The notes: generated by a model not told the origin, from the letters alone. Counted from the first letter of the stretch, positions 1 to 10,652 are shown. The stretch: 64,000 nucleotides of DNA from an uncultured bacterium (GCA_963801165.1 CAWDDT010000013.1:128001-192000), one strand, 5' to 3'. Program-made: numbers and translations.

Positions 1-1375
1 CGTCGAAGACCTGGGTCCTCGTCTTGTCCTTCGCCAGATGCTCACGAAGCCGGAGCAACACTGCTGCCCGATTCTTGAGTATCTCCATGTCGATGAAGTC
101 GATGACGATGATCCCCCCGATGTCCCGCAGCCGGAGCTGGCGGGCGATCTCCTCGGCTGCCTCCAAATTGTTCTGGAGGACCGTCTCCTCGAGATTGGAC
201 CGCCCGACGAACCGGCCGGTGTTGACATCGATGACGGTCAACGCCTCGGTGCGGTCGACGACGATGTGACCGCCTGACGGCAGCCACACCTTGCGATCGA
301 GAGCCTTGCGCAGCTGATCCTCGACATGGAAGCGCTCGAAGATCGGCAACTCGTCCTCGTACATCGTTACCTTGTCGAGGAGATCGGCCTCCGTGCCCTC
401 GAGATAGGCGAGCGCCTGCTCATAGGTCGTGGGATCGTCGACGAGCAGGCGGCGGAAATCTGCTGTGAAGTGCTCACGGATGACCCTGAGGATGAGCGGC
501 GGCTCCTCGTACAGAAGAGCGGGCGCCTTGACTTCTGTGGTCCCTTCGATGTCTTCCCAGATCCCGAGCAGTCGCTTGATATCGGCTTGGATATCCTCTT
601 TCGATGCCCCCTCGGCGGCCGTTCGCACAATTACACCCATCCCCTTGGGACGGACCTCGGCAATCACCGAACGCAACCGGCGACGCTCCTCGTCGGGGAG
701 CCGGCGCGATATACCACGCACATCCGAGTCGGGCGCAAGCACCAGATAGCGGCCGGCGAGACTGATCTGGTTGGTGAGTCGGGCGCCTTTGTGCCCGAGG
801 GCATCCTTGACGACCTGAACCAATACGGTGTCACCTGGCTTCATCACCAATTCGATCCGATGGGCCTTGCCCTCGATCTCGGCGTCGTCGTAATTGACGT
901 CACCGGCGTAGAGGACCCCGTTCTTGCCTTCGCCGAAGTCGACGAACGCCGCCTCCATCCCCGGTAGGACATTGCGTACCTTGCCGCGATAGACGTTGCC
1001 GACAAGCGACTTCTGGTCGGATCGTGTGACGTAGTGCTCTACTAGCACCGGGCCTTCGAGCACCACGATCTGGGTTTGATGAGGGCTGGAACGCACCAGC
1101 ATCTGCTTGCGTGCCGTATTGGGCGGCTGGACCACCTCGAGATGCGGCCGAGTCTGGCGCCGTTCACCACTATGAGCCCTGGAACGGGTGTTGGTGCGAG
1201 CCGCAGACTTGCTCCGACCGCCGTGGTTCTTTGTCTGCGATTGGCCCCGTGTCTGTGTGGAGCTATGAGTCTTCTGTTTCTCAGAGCCGGAGGGCTTGGC
1301 CCGCTCCCGCGACTCTGGTTCCTCGACCGCTCCCCGGCGGACTACCCGCGCGGTCTTCTTCCGGAACAATGGCAT
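1..1375 (-). CDS. rne: Rne/Rng family ribonuclease (3' end runs off the window)
   Basis: Manual minus-strand translation from ATG 1375 (AAGGAG RBS upstream) gives a basic N-terminal extension, then ...SLVGNVYRGKVRNVLPGMEAAFVDFGEGKNGVLY... (S1 domain) and a IDVNTG-type catalytic region near the window start. Not in the ORF track because it is truncated. Confidence 0.9.
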   Translation of the reverse strand, partial: MPLFRKKTARVVRRGAVEEPESRERAKPSGSEKQKTHSSTQTRGQSQTKNHGGRSKSAARTNTRSRAHSGERRQTRPHLEVVQPPNTARKQMLVRSSPHQTQIVVLEGPVLVEHYVTRSDQKSLVGNVYRGKVRNVLPGMEAAFVDFGEGKNGVLYAGDVNYDDAEIEGKAHRIELVMKPGDTVLVQVVKDALGHKGARLTNQISLAGRYLVLAPDSDVRGISRRLPDEERRRLRSVIAEVRPKGMGVIVRTAAEGASKEDIQADIKRLLGIWEDIEGTTEVKAPALLYEEPPLILRVIREHFTADFRRLLVDDPTTYEQALAYLEGTEADLLDKVTMYEDELPIFERFHVEDQLRKALDRKVWLPSGGHIVVDRTEALTVIDVNTGRFVGRSNLEETVLQNNLEAAEEIARQLRLRDIGGIIVIDFIDMEILKNRAAVLLRLREHLAKDKTRTQVFD

Positions 1376-1753
1376 TGGTGATCTCCTTGAGACGCCCCAT
1401 TGGGCGAGACAGCGATGACGGCATGATTGCCGGTGTCGGTAATGCGTTCTCGATGAAGCCGGGCGAGCACTCAACGACCGAAGCCCAACTGGCAAGAGCG
1501 GCTGTAAAGCCGACGACTGACGGGTCGATCGTTGATTCTGGATGTGCGAAACTAGCTCGCATCCTCTGTCCCTGAATCGAGAAGCGCGTCCGCTCGAAAG
1601 AGCGGCTCGGCACCCTCGAAGGGTAGCAGAAATGCCGCTAGAACTGGCGGATCTTCCCGATCACTATCGGCGCATCTGTGGGCTGTCCTGAGCGTTTCGG
1701 GATCCGAGGCGGTATCGCCGCCTGGTCCCGGCCGCCTGCTACGCTCATCATCC

Positions 1754-2344
1754 ATGCACCGACGATCTGACCAGGGCTGGCTCGAGGTGATCTCGGGGCC
1801 CATGTTCTCAGGTAAAAGCGAGGAGCTGATCAGACGGATTGTCCGCTACCAGCTCGCCAGAGTCCCTACCCAGACATTCAAGCCCGAGCTCGATACACGG
1901 TATGCCGAAGAGATGGTGGTCTCTCACAGCAATCTCTCGGTTTCGGCACAATCCGTTGCCGATTCCGCATCGCTTCTTTCGGCGATCGAAGACCGGACGA
2001 TCGTCGTCGGCATCGATGAGGGCCAATTCTTCGATATCGGGCTTATCGAGGTGGCCATGCTGCTGGCCAAGGCAGGCAAGCAGGTCATCGTCGCCGGGCT
2101 CGATCTCGACTACCTCGGCAGGCCTTTCGAGCCGATCCCTTCGCTGATGCTGCGAGCCGAGTACGTAACCAAGAGCCTGGCCGTCTGTCATCGCTGCGGG
2201 GGTCCAGGCCTGTTCACCCAACGGGTTGTTGATTCCGACGAGCTCGTGGTCCTGGGTGCCACAGACGCCTACGAGGCCCGGTGCCGCCGCTGCTACGACC
2301 CTCACGAGGCCAAACAGACCCGTCTCCAGCTCGTCGAAGACTGA
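1754..2344 (+). CDS. tdk: Thymidine kinase
   Basis: GPMFSGKSEELI P-loop, IDEGQFF, AGLDLD, C-terminal Zn motifs CHRC and YEARCRRC. Confidence 0.95.
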   Translation: MHRRSDQGWLEVISGPMFSGKSEELIRRIVRYQLARVPTQTFKPELDTRYAEEMVVSHSNLSVSAQSVADSASLLSAIEDRTIVVGIDEGQFFDIGLIEVAMLLAKAGKQVIVAGLDLDYLGRPFEPIPSLMLRAEYVTKSLAVCHRCGGPGLFTQRVVDSDELVVLGATDAYEARCRRCYDPHEAKQTRLQLVED

Positions 2345-2350
2345 CCCGTC

Positions 2351-3007
2351 TCAGCCGAAGCCCGTGTACCCGGTATCCAGCATGGTCACCGTCGAGGGGC
2401 CTGCGTCTTCATCCAGAGGTTCCAACGTCACCCACATTCGCGGGAAGTCGCCACGACGAACTCCGGCCCACAGCTCGACATGTCCTCCCGAGTGGAACGT
2501 GCCCGCCGAAACGTGAGTGGAGCCCTGGCTCAGCCAGAACTCGTAGATGTAGCCTCTCGGTGCAGGATCCAGCCCGGAAACAGCGAGCATCATCCGGGTA
2601 CCCGCATCCTCGTTCCATCCACTCACTGTGGCGACGGCGTTCGGTGCCAGATCGGTCGCAGGCAGAGCGACCTCCCAGTCCGGGGCCCGGTGACGCATTG
2701 CCAGCGCCGATCCCACAAGCGACACGATCACGATCACTGCTGCCACCGATACAACTCCGACCCACCAGCGTCGCATCGGGGTCACCCGCGGTTTGGGCGA
2801 TTCTCCCGATGAGGCGATCAGCGCCTCGATCTGATCGCCGAGCTCCGGCGACGGCTCCTCCCACAACATGGAGGTACCGAGGGCGTCCCGCATCTCGCGA
2901 AGCCGCGTGGCCTGCGACCGGCATGCCGCACACGAATCGACGTGCGCGCCGGTTGCACCGTCCTCATCCCCGGCTAGCACCGCGGCACGGAACTCATCGC
3001 AGTTCAT
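2351..3007 (-). CDS. Zinc-binding (ZAS) anti-sigma factor, RskA-like
   Basis: N-terminal HxxxCxxC (HVDSCAAC), one TM helix, extracytoplasmic RskA-like domain (YEFWL...SAGTF...VTLEP); overlaps the ECF sigma stop. Confidence 0.85.
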   Translation of the reverse strand: MNCDEFRAAVLAGDEDGATGAHVDSCAACRSQATRLREMRDALGTSMLWEEPSPELGDQIEALIASSGESPKPRVTPMRRWWVGVVSVAAVIVIVSLVGSALAMRHRAPDWEVALPATDLAPNAVATVSGWNEDAGTRMMLAVSGLDPAPRGYIYEFWLSQGSTHVSAGTFHSGGHVELWAGVRRGDFPRMWVTLEPLDEDAGPSTVTMLDTGYTGFG

Positions 3008-3576
3008 GCGCTCATCTCTTTCAAATGCCCTAGTAGGCTCGCCATCTTCTTGTGGGCACGATACGAGCGGGACTTGACCGTGCCCACCGGCAGACCAAGC
3101 CGCTCGGCGGTCTCCTCATGAGTCATACCCAGGTAGTGAGTGGCCCGCATGATCGCTCGCTCCTCCTCCGTGAGTTTGTCCAGTGCCGACCGTACCTGCC
3201 ACGCCTCCCATGTCCCCTCGAAACTCGGCGACAGTACTGCCACCTCGGCATCGTGCTCGTCGACGGTCTGATGCCGGCGCTCACGCCGGTACAGATCAAC
3301 GGCGACGCGCCGGGCTATCGCATAGAGCCAGGGGCCGGGGTCACGTTCGGGATCGAAGCGGCTCGCAGCTCGCCACGCCTGCAGAAAGGTCTGCTGGACG
3401 GCCTCCTCGGCCAGCCCACGGTCGCCCAGGGCCCCGAAGGCCACAGTGAACACCGCTCTGCCGTACTCCTGGTACAGCTCACGGACGGCGTCGCCTTCAC
3501 CCTCGCTGAAGCGCCTGATCGTCCTCGTGGACACCTTCACTGCTCCCTCCTTGGCATCCGGGCGGGCCGGCAGCAT
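3004..3576 (-). CDS. ECF RNA polymerase sigma factor (start may be slightly downstream)
   Basis: AEEAVQQTFLQAWR region 2, WLYAIARR, region 4 HTH ETAERLGLPVGTVKSR. Confidence 0.92.
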   Translation of the reverse strand: MLPARPDAKEGAVKVSTRTIRRFSEGEGDAVRELYQEYGRAVFTVAFGALGDRGLAEEAVQQTFLQAWRAASRFDPERDPGPWLYAIARRVAVDLYRRERRHQTVDEHDAEVAVLSPSFEGTWEAWQVRSALDKLTEEERAIMRATHYLGMTHEETAERLGLPVGTVKSRSYRAHKKMASLLGHLKEMSA

Positions 3577-3640
3577 GAGACTAGGGGATTCACCAGAATC
3601 TTGCTGGACAAACGTCTCGCCGCCGGCCCGCCCGCCGTCC

Positions 3641-4174
3641 TCACATGCCTACCGCATCTCCTGCAGGCGAAACCACGTACCAGACATCGCCAACACCCTG
3701 ACCATTGACGTCACCGGGAGCCGCATCATGGGCGAAGTAGTACAACGGCCAACCGTTGTACGTCACCTGATCGGTACCGTCGGTACGGGCCGCCGTGCCC
3801 AACAACGACCCATCGACACCGTCACCGGCCGCAACGTCACCAACCAGCGGAGGCCAATTCCCCTCACACGAGTCGTAGCACGTGCTCGCCCCCTGGGCAT
3901 CAGGCTCGAAAACATACAACGTGTTCCCGTCACCATCTACAAGGATGTCGCCGAGATCCGATGACGCCACCGCGAGCGTGATCGCTCCGGCGCTTGGAGC
4001 GGTGGTCGTCTCCGCGGCCGCAGTCGTCTCCGGGGCCGCAGACGTCGTCGTCGCCGTCGCCGCCGTTGTGGTCGTCGCTGCGGGCGCCGTGGTTGTTGTT
4101 TCGGCGTCACCGCCTCCGCCGCACGCCGCAGCGAGCAACATCAGCGCGACCACAAGACCTAGTTTGAGCTTCAC
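3641..4174 (-). CDS. Lipoprotein with COG4315/Lipoprotein_15 repeats
   Basis: Lipobox LAAAC, Thr/Ala-rich linker, TLYVF..D...STC...C...WPP and QVTYNGWPLYYF..D..PGD..GQG. Confidence 0.85.
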   Translation of the reverse strand: MKLKLGLVVALMLLAAACGGGGDAETTTTAPAATTTTAATATTTSAAPETTAAAETTTAPSAGAITLAVASSDLGDILVDGDGNTLYVFEPDAQGASTCYDSCEGNWPPLVGDVAAGDGVDGSLLGTAARTDGTDQVTYNGWPLYYFAHDAAPGDVNGQGVGDVWYVVSPAGDAVGM

Positions 4175-4206
4175 CTTGCCTCCTGTACTCGGATTGTGCC
4201 CCGCTA

Positions 4207-4232
4207 TACGGAGGAGGTGCGATTTTCGGTTC
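4207..4232 (-). promoter_or_regulatory. Putative ECF-sigma promoter (GAACC-N17-CGTA)
   Basis: Minus strand reads GAACC gaaaatcgcacctcctc CGTA, about 30 nt upstream of the lipoprotein gene that precedes the ECF sigma/anti-sigma pair. Confidence 0.55.
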
Positions 4233-4235
4233 TGC

Positions 4236-5399
4236 TCAGATGTCGACGTCTGCGGGCACCGGAGATCGTCGCATCCACACTGAATGACCCAGCCCGAGGG
4301 CGAGGCTCATCGCAAGGAACGAGGTCCCCCCTGCGCTGAGAAACGGGAGCGGCAGGCCGGTCACCGGGGTGATCCTCACGGTCATCCCGATATTGACGAA
4401 TGCTTGGAACACGAGCATGGCGGCCACCCCGATCGCCATGAGCTGGCTGAAACGATCACGCCCGTTGGCCGCCGCCGCCAGCAGACGCCAGGTGATGATG
4501 GCAAACAAGGCGATGACCACCGTCGCTCCAATGAACCCGAGTTGCTCACCGATAGCCGTGAAGATGAAGTCGGTCGATTGTTGTGGCACGAAGGACAGGT
4601 TGGTCTGTGTGCCCTGGAAGAGACCGCGCCCGAAGATGCCCCCGGCGCCGACTGCGACCTTGCTCCGGGCGAGGTTGTACCCCGTGTTGGCCAGGTCGGC
4701 GGCGGGGTCGAGGAACGCAGTGATCCGGCTTATCTGGTAATCCCTGATGGCACCTACCTTGAACAGGCTCACCGAGCCCACGACCGCGGCGATCGTCAAG
4801 AAGGCGAATTGACGCCACGTGGTTCCTGCGCTGAACACCATGATGATGGCAACGAAGGCGAACACGAGCATCGTGCCCAGGTCGGGTTGTAGAAAGATCA
4901 GACCGGCAGGGACGGCCACCAGTGCAACCGCACGAGCCACCTCCATCCAGTGCAGAGCCTTATCACGGGACGACGCCAGCAATACTGCCAGCGCCAGCAT
5001 GACCGCTATCTTCGCCAGCTCCGACGGCTGGAACTGGATGCCTCCGATCGGAATCCAGCGGTTGGCGCCCGCCCTTGCCGGACTGCGCAGAACAACGAGC
5101 AACGTGAGCAGACTCCCGCCATAGAGGATCGGGATCAACGTCTTGAGTGTCCTCGGCTCAACGAGCGACGTGGCGATAAAGCCGACGATTCCGATCGCCA
5201 CCCAGATGGACTGGCGCACCACAAGCGACGTGGGGCTCTCGTTGTTGGCGATCAGCCCGGGCGCCGACGCCGAGTAGACCATCACCAACCCGAGCCCGGT
5301 CAGAGCAAGGTAGGCGATGATCAGTACGAGATCGGGTCGCAGCGGCTGCTCCCGCTGGAGCAGCGTTACCGGCTCGGTACGGCGGGCGGTGAGGACCAT
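4236..5399 (-). CDS. rodA: Rod shape-determining protein RodA (SEDS family)
   Basis: RWI..GGIQFQPSELAK, QPDLGT, TDFIF..IGEQLGF, PVTGLPLPFLSAGG; downstream of PBP2. Confidence 0.95.
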   Translation of the reverse strand: MVLTARRTEPVTLLQREQPLRPDLVLIIAYLALTGLGLVMVYSASAPGLIANNESPTSLVVRQSIWVAIGIVGFIATSLVEPRTLKTLIPILYGGSLLTLLVVLRSPARAGANRWIPIGGIQFQPSELAKIAVMLALAVLLASSRDKALHWMEVARAVALVAVPAGLIFLQPDLGTMLVFAFVAIIMVFSAGTTWRQFAFLTIAAVVGSVSLFKVGAIRDYQISRITAFLDPAADLANTGYNLARSKVAVGAGGIFGRGLFQGTQTNLSFVPQQSTDFIFTAIGEQLGFIGATVVIALFAIITWRLLAAAANGRDRFSQLMAIGVAAMLVFQAFVNIGMTVRITPVTGLPLPFLSAGGTSFLAMSLALGLGHSVWMRRSPVPADVDI

Positions 5400-7399
5400 C
5401 AGTCGGCCTTCTGACCGGGCTTGATGTCTGTGACCTGCTCGCCGAGCAGGTACTGGAGTACCGGCTTAGCGGTCGGTGCCGCGATCCCACCACCGCTGCC
5501 ACCCCGCTCGACGATGATCACTACAACGTACTGGGGATCGTCTATCGGCGCCACGCCGACAAACAGGGCCGTCGTGACCGAGTCCTGAATCACCTTGCCG
5601 TTGCTGTCCACCTGCTGCTTGATGATCTCGGCCGTTCCTGTCTTGCCACCCACCTGGGTCACGTCGGCACCGAAGTCGGCGAAGGCCGAATGCGCCGTTC
5701 CTTCAGGGTTGTTGACCACCTGTTGTAGGTCGTTGCGAAGCGAGCGAACGGTAGACGCCGACAGGCCGGTCATCGTCCGGGCGACGACCGGATCGTAGTT
5801 TTCCACCACACGCCCGTCCTCGGTCTGGACCTCGGAAACAACGCGGGGCTGGTACACGGTGCCGCCGTTGACCAGCGCTCCGTACGCCGTCGCGATCTGA
5901 ATCGGTGTCGCCAGGACCGATCCCTGACCGACAGCCGCCTGGAAGAGGTCGCCTCCGAACCAGGGACTGGCGAATTGGAGCCGGCTCGGGTCGAGACGGG
6001 GATCCCCGTCGCTGGCCCATCGCTCGAACAGCGCGCGGTCGGGAATAATGCCGGACTTCTCAAAGGGCAGGTCGATCCCGGTCTTCTCGTCGAACCCGGC
6101 CTCCCTGGCCCAATCCTGCAGCAGGTTCTCTCTGGCTGTCTCCTTGTACTGGTTCCACAGCGACAGGGCGATCTCCCAGAAATAGGTGTTGCAGGAGCGA
6201 CGGAATGCCCGGTGAATGTTCTGCATGCCGTCGTCGCGCCGCGTCCAGTTCTGGAAGAACTTCAGGCTCCCCTCGCCGAGCGCCTCGGCGTTGAGTTGCC
6301 CGGCGCAGAGAATCTGGTCCTCGACCGAGTTGACACCTTCGGGGGCGATGCCCTCCTCCATCGCCATCACGTAGGTGATCGCTTTGAATGTGGAAGCAGG
6401 GGCGTACTGCCCTTGAACGGCGAAGTTGGTGAGCGCGCCTTCGGGGAGTGCGTTGTACTCGGTTTCGTCGAAGTTGACGAACAGCCCCGGGTCGAAATTG
6501 GGTATAGATGCCATGGCCAGCACCGCTCCCGTGTTGACATTGCTTACCACGCCGACGGCGCGAACCGGGCACCCCTTGTCCTCGGTGCCCGCCTCGGCGC
6601 TGCCCGGGTCACAACCGTTCGGGTTGTACTCGGTGCGTGCCAGATCGAGCCCGTCGACGAGCGCTTGCTCCAGGACCTGTTGCAGGTCGATGTCGAGTTC
6701 CGTGATTACCTTGTTTCCTGCCTGCGGGAACTCCTCCCCGAGCACTGCGAGCACGTTCCCGTGGGCGTCCACCTGGTACTTGATCGCTCCCTCTGTACCC
6801 TGGAGCTGTTCGTCGTACTGCTTCTCCAGACCGGCCTTGCCGAGGATGTCGGTGTAACGCGCCCCGGCGTCGAGGTCGGCCTGGGAGGGGCGGCCGATAT
6901 AGCCGATAACACCAGACGCGAGGTTGCCGCTGGGGTATATGCGCTGCGGGATATCCACCACAGAGACACCAACGAAATCCTCGCTGTGCTCCGCGAGATA
7001 CACGGCATCCTGCTGGCTGAGGTCGGATTTGAGGACTACCCGATCCGCACGAGACCGGGCGTCCGTGACGATTGCCGCGACCTTGTCCGCGTCCATCCCG
7101 GTAAACGCCGCCAACAACGACACCAGATCGGGGACCGCCTCCTCCGGTACCAATGCCCCATCGACCACGGCCGCTCTCACGGCCTGTGTACCAGCCAGCT
7201 CACGACCCGCACGATCCACTATCTCGCCGCGGGCCGCAGGGGTGGCAACGAATTTGACCTGCGAGTTCTCAGCTTCCCGAACGTACTTTTCGCTCGCGAC
7301 GACCTGGACCTGCCAAAGCACGACCGTCAGGGTGGCGAACATGAGGGCAAAGACGATGCTGACGGTTCCGAGCCGCCATCCGGACTTCACGTCGACCAC
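5399..7399 (-). CDS. mrdA: Penicillin-binding protein 2
   Basis: RGEIVDR, GKAGLEKQYD, STFK (SxxK), SCN (SxN), KTGTAE; in the mre operon. Confidence 0.93.
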   Translation of the reverse strand: MVDVKSGWRLGTVSIVFALMFATLTVVLWQVQVVASEKYVREAENSQVKFVATPAARGEIVDRAGRELAGTQAVRAAVVDGALVPEEAVPDLVSLLAAFTGMDADKVAAIVTDARSRADRVVLKSDLSQQDAVYLAEHSEDFVGVSVVDIPQRIYPSGNLASGVIGYIGRPSQADLDAGARYTDILGKAGLEKQYDEQLQGTEGAIKYQVDAHGNVLAVLGEEFPQAGNKVITELDIDLQQVLEQALVDGLDLARTEYNPNGCDPGSAEAGTEDKGCPVRAVGVVSNVNTGAVLAMASIPNFDPGLFVNFDETEYNALPEGALTNFAVQGQYAPASTFKAITYVMAMEEGIAPEGVNSVEDQILCAGQLNAEALGEGSLKFFQNWTRRDDGMQNIHRAFRRSCNTYFWEIALSLWNQYKETARENLLQDWAREAGFDEKTGIDLPFEKSGIIPDRALFERWASDGDPRLDPSRLQFASPWFGGDLFQAAVGQGSVLATPIQIATAYGALVNGGTVYQPRVVSEVQTEDGRVVENYDPVVARTMTGLSASTVRSLRNDLQQVVNNPEGTAHSAFADFGADVTQVGGKTGTAEIIKQQVDSNGKVIQDSVTTALFVGVAPIDDPQYVVVIIVERGGSGGGIAAPTAKPVLQYLLGEQVTDIKPGQKAD

Positions 7400-7899
7400 C
7401 TCACCCGGCGCCTGTCACCGATGAGGCGGGTGATGAGGGGAAAGGCCAGGGCGGCGATCACCAGGTTGTAGAAGCCGGGAACGACCATGAGCTTGATCAC
7501 ATCCGTGCTCGTGAAGAACCGTTCCCCAAAGAGGGTACCGACAACGAGAAACAATGCATTGGCGAGAATGGTGAGTGCGACTACGCCGAACCCGATCACA
7601 AGCGGGCCGTCGTCGGCACGCTCCTTGAACCTGAAGGCGATGTAAACGGCGACCGTGTACGCCATAGCCCACAGCCCGAGTGGCGCTCCTCCGAGGAGGT
7701 CCAGCAGCATCCCGCCGGTGAACCCGAGAAGGATGGCCGGTTCTGGATCCAGGTAGCGGGCACAGGCGAGAACTATGACGATGACGACCGCAGGCGACAC
7801 GCCGAACGGGTTGATGCGCCCGTCGCCGAACACCGCCGTCTGGGCGACAACGGCCACAACTACAAGTAGCAGCGAGACGGCGATGCTCCTGCCCCTCAT
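7387..7899 (-). CDS. mreD: Rod shape-determining protein MreD
   Basis: Hydrophobic 170 aa with GFTGGMLLDLL..PLG; between mreC and mrdA. Confidence 0.88.
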   Translation of the reverse strand: MRGRSIAVSLLLVVVAVVAQTAVFGDGRINPFGVSPAVVIVIVLACARYLDPEPAILLGFTGGMLLDLLGGAPLGLWAMAYTVAVYIAFRFKERADDGPLVIGFGVVALTILANALFLVVGTLFGERFFTSTDVIKLMVVPGFYNLVIAALAFPLITRLIGDRRRVRWST

Positions 7900-8879
7900 C
7901 CGCCTCCTCCCCCTTGATCGGCGGTCGTTGTATCCGTGGTGCCCGTGGTATCGGTCGTTTCGGTGGTATCTCCCGTCGTACCGTCGCCTGCCGGCTGACC
8001 GTCCTCGGTCGCCGGTTGATCGGTGTTCTGCTGCTCTTCGAGGCTCGGTGCGTCGAGCGGGGAGTAACCGACGACCACTATCACGTAGTCGAGCCGCGAG
8101 AAACTGACCGCGGGGACCACACCGGTGACCAGCCCGAAGCCGGCGTCGTCGGACGCGGTCTTGGTGACCGTGCCCACGGTGATGCCAGGGGGGAAACGGG
8201 AACCGGCGGTGACAATCACACTGTCGGCGTGGACGGGCTCATCCACATTGGACATCCGCAGCAACAGGTCGTTCTCGTTGTCGCCCCTGACGATCCCCTC
8301 CTGGCTGGTTGACTGGTCGCGAACGAAGACCTGGACATTCGGGTCGAGGATCAACCTCACCTCTGCCCTGTGCTCGAACACCAGGTCGACCCTGCCTACG
8401 AGGCCGCGTGCATCGACGACGGCGTCGCCTTCCGAGATACCGTCGGCCGAGCCCTTGTTTATGAAACGAACGTGATCGAATGTGCTGGAACCGGACGATG
8501 AGATACGGGCGACTACCGTAGGGAGGTCGCTTGCGTCCTGTAGATCGACCAGCTCCTTGAGGTGCTTCAACTCAGCTTCGACACTCACACCCTGGTCGAG
8601 CTGCGCTTTCAGAGCGTCGTTCTCCAGACGCAACGCCTCGTTCTCCTGACGCAGGCTGGCGATGTCGGAGAGGGCGTCCATGAACCCGACTACCGGTCGC
8701 GTCACGGCGGCCGCCGCATCCTGCATCGGGGCGAACAGTGTCTGCGCCCCATCCCGCATGGTGGTGCCGATCCCGCCCCCCTGACCCCGCACGTCGAACG
8801 TCGCCAGGAGGAACGACATGACGAGCAGGCCGATCATCAGGGTGGTGGTTCGATCGAATCTCTGGAACGACTGCATCAC
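7896..8879 (-). CDS. mreC: Rod shape-determining protein MreC
   Basis: TM helix, coiled coil LRQENEALR, INKGSADGI..G.AVV...GLVGRV, FPPGITVG. Confidence 0.93.
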   Translation of the reverse strand: MMQSFQRFDRTTTLMIGLLVMSFLLATFDVRGQGGGIGTTMRDGAQTLFAPMQDAAAAVTRPVVGFMDALSDIASLRQENEALRLENDALKAQLDQGVSVEAELKHLKELVDLQDASDLPTVVARISSSGSSTFDHVRFINKGSADGISEGDAVVDARGLVGRVDLVFEHRAEVRLILDPNVQVFVRDQSTSQEGIVRGDNENDLLLRMSNVDEPVHADSVIVTAGSRFPPGITVGTVTKTASDDAGFGLVTGVVPAVSFSRLDYVIVVVGYSPLDAPSLEEQQNTDQPATEDGQPAGDGTTGDTTETTDTTGTTDTTTADQGGGGG

Positions 8880-8918
8880 TCCGGTCCTACCCGCGACCGG
8901 CCGTCGAGGGCGATCGGG

Positions 8919-9953
8919 CTACCGGCGCCCGCTGCTGGAGAGAACGACATGGAGGACCTCGAACTCTTCGAGACAGGCCCCCGAGCCCATTACAACCGAC
9001 TGGAGAGGTTTGTCGGCGGTGACGATCGGCATCCCGGTCTCGTTGGCGAGGCGCTGATCCAGACCACGGAGCAGAGCGCCTCCCCCGGTCAGGACAATCC
9101 CCCTGTCCATTATGTCCGCCGCCAGCTCCGGCGGGGTCTTGTCGAGAGCGAACTTGACGCCATCAACGACCTGCTGGACCGGCTCCTCAATGGCTTCCCT
9201 CACTTCGGCGGCACTTAGCACCACCGTCTTGGGCAAACCGCTCACGAGGTCACGGCCCCGCACCTCGGCCGATGGCTCGTCCGGGAACGGGAAAGCGGAA
9301 CCGATCGCCATCTTGAGCTGCTCGGAGGTTCGCTCGCCGAGCATGAGGTTGTACTCCTTCTTCACCCAGGCCATGATCGCCTCGTCGAGCTCGTCGCCGC
9401 CGATCCTGGTGCTCTTGGATACGACGATTCCGCCGAGCGAGATGACGGCAACCTCGGTAGTGCCACCACCGATGTCCACGACCATCGACCCGGAAGGCTC
9501 GTGCACGGGGAGGCCGACGCCGATCGCAGCAGCCATCGGCTCCTCGATCGTGTAGGCACGTCTGGCGCCTGCGTGGTATGCGGCCTCTTCAACGGCACGA
9601 CGCTCGACGGCGGTGATGCCAGACGGCACACAGATGACGATCCGGGGCCTGGCGGCAAAGCGGCGATTGTGCACTTTGTTGATGAAGTAGCGCAGCATCT
9701 TCTCGGTGATGTCGAAGTCTGCGATGACCCCGTGCCGCAAAGGCCTGATTGCCTGGATATGAGAGGGGGTGCGGCCAATCATCCGCTTGGCCTCCATTCC
9801 CACTTCCAGCGGACGGTTGTCGCGGGTGTTGATCGCAACCACGGACGGCTCGTTGAGCACGATGCCCATGCCGCGCACGAACACGAGCGTGTTGGCCGTG
9901 CCGAGATCTATTGCCATATCTCGGCCTGCGACGGCGAAAAGATTATCAAGCAT
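8919..9953 (-). CDS. mreB: Rod shape-determining protein MreB
   Basis: AIDLGTANT, EEPMAAAIG, DIGGGTTEVA, LTGGGALL. Confidence 0.97.
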   Translation of the reverse strand: MLDNLFAVAGRDMAIDLGTANTLVFVRGMGIVLNEPSVVAINTRDNRPLEVGMEAKRMIGRTPSHIQAIRPLRHGVIADFDITEKMLRYFINKVHNRRFAARPRIVICVPSGITAVERRAVEEAAYHAGARRAYTIEEPMAAAIGVGLPVHEPSGSMVVDIGGGTTEVAVISLGGIVVSKSTRIGGDELDEAIMAWVKKEYNLMLGERTSEQLKMAIGSAFPFPDEPSAEVRGRDLVSGLPKTVVLSAAEVREAIEEPVQQVVDGVKFALDKTPPELAADIMDRGIVLTGGGALLRGLDQRLANETGMPIVTADKPLQSVVMGSGACLEEFEVLHVVLSSSGRR

Positions 9954-10073
9954 CGTTGCTCACATTGCGGGAATCGTGTTTCAGTTTACCCAAGCGCCAC
10001 TGGGAGACGTCACCATTGCGACTCTGCGGAGACCCTAACCGTATCGGGTACCGTGTGCTACCCCAAATCGCCA

Positions 10074-10478
10074 CTAGCCAAAGAACAGCCCCAACTCCCG
10101 CTCGGCAGAGCCGACCGAGTCCGAACCGTGCACGATGTTGTTGGTCACGATGAGGCCAAAATCGCCGCGGATGGTCCCTGGAGGTGCGGTGACGGGGTTG
10201 GTCGGGCCCATCAGGGTACGGGCCACAGAGACGGCCGACTCCCCCGACCATTCCATCGCCACCACCGGTCCACTGGTGATGAACCCCACCAGCTCGCCGA
10301 AGAACGGCTTGTCGGTGTGCTCGGCGTAGTGCTCTCCAGCGAGCGCCTCGTCGATCTGGAGCATCCGCATCTTCTCCAACACGAGACCCTTGCGCTCGAA
10401 TCTGCCGATGACGTCACCGACGAGGCCCCGGCGCACGCCGTCGGGCTTGACCATAACGAAAGTGTTCTCGACTGCCAT
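10074..10478 (-). CDS. ndk: Nucleoside diphosphate kinase
   Basis: Start reassigned to [15 protein letters not shown]; [17 protein letters not shown]. Confidence 0.96.
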   Translation of the reverse strand: MAVENTFVMVKPDGVRRGLVGDVIGRFERKGLVLEKMRMLQIDEALAGEHYAEHTDKPFFGELVGFITSGPVVAMEWSGESAVSVARTLMGPTNPVTAPPGTIRGDFGLIVTNNIVHGSDSVGSAERELGLFFG

Positions 10479-10652
10479 TACCTGATCCTCTTCCGGGAAA
10501 TGTCCGGCCCGGGATGGTAGCCGTCTCACCCTTCGGGTGAGATTCGAGCTTTCGCTCGGATTTGAGTTGGGCTGGCGCCGCCCGGGCTTCGCTCGGATTT
10601 GAGTTTGCGTCACAAAACCGGACGGCAGAGCGCGGTTCGAGCTTCGCTTGGT

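Noticed and set aside
326-967. Long shadow ORFs (e.g. 326-967, 5975-7471, 41116-42402, 57562-58974)
   Set aside because: Antisense to well-supported genes; typical high-GC artefacts with no motifs.
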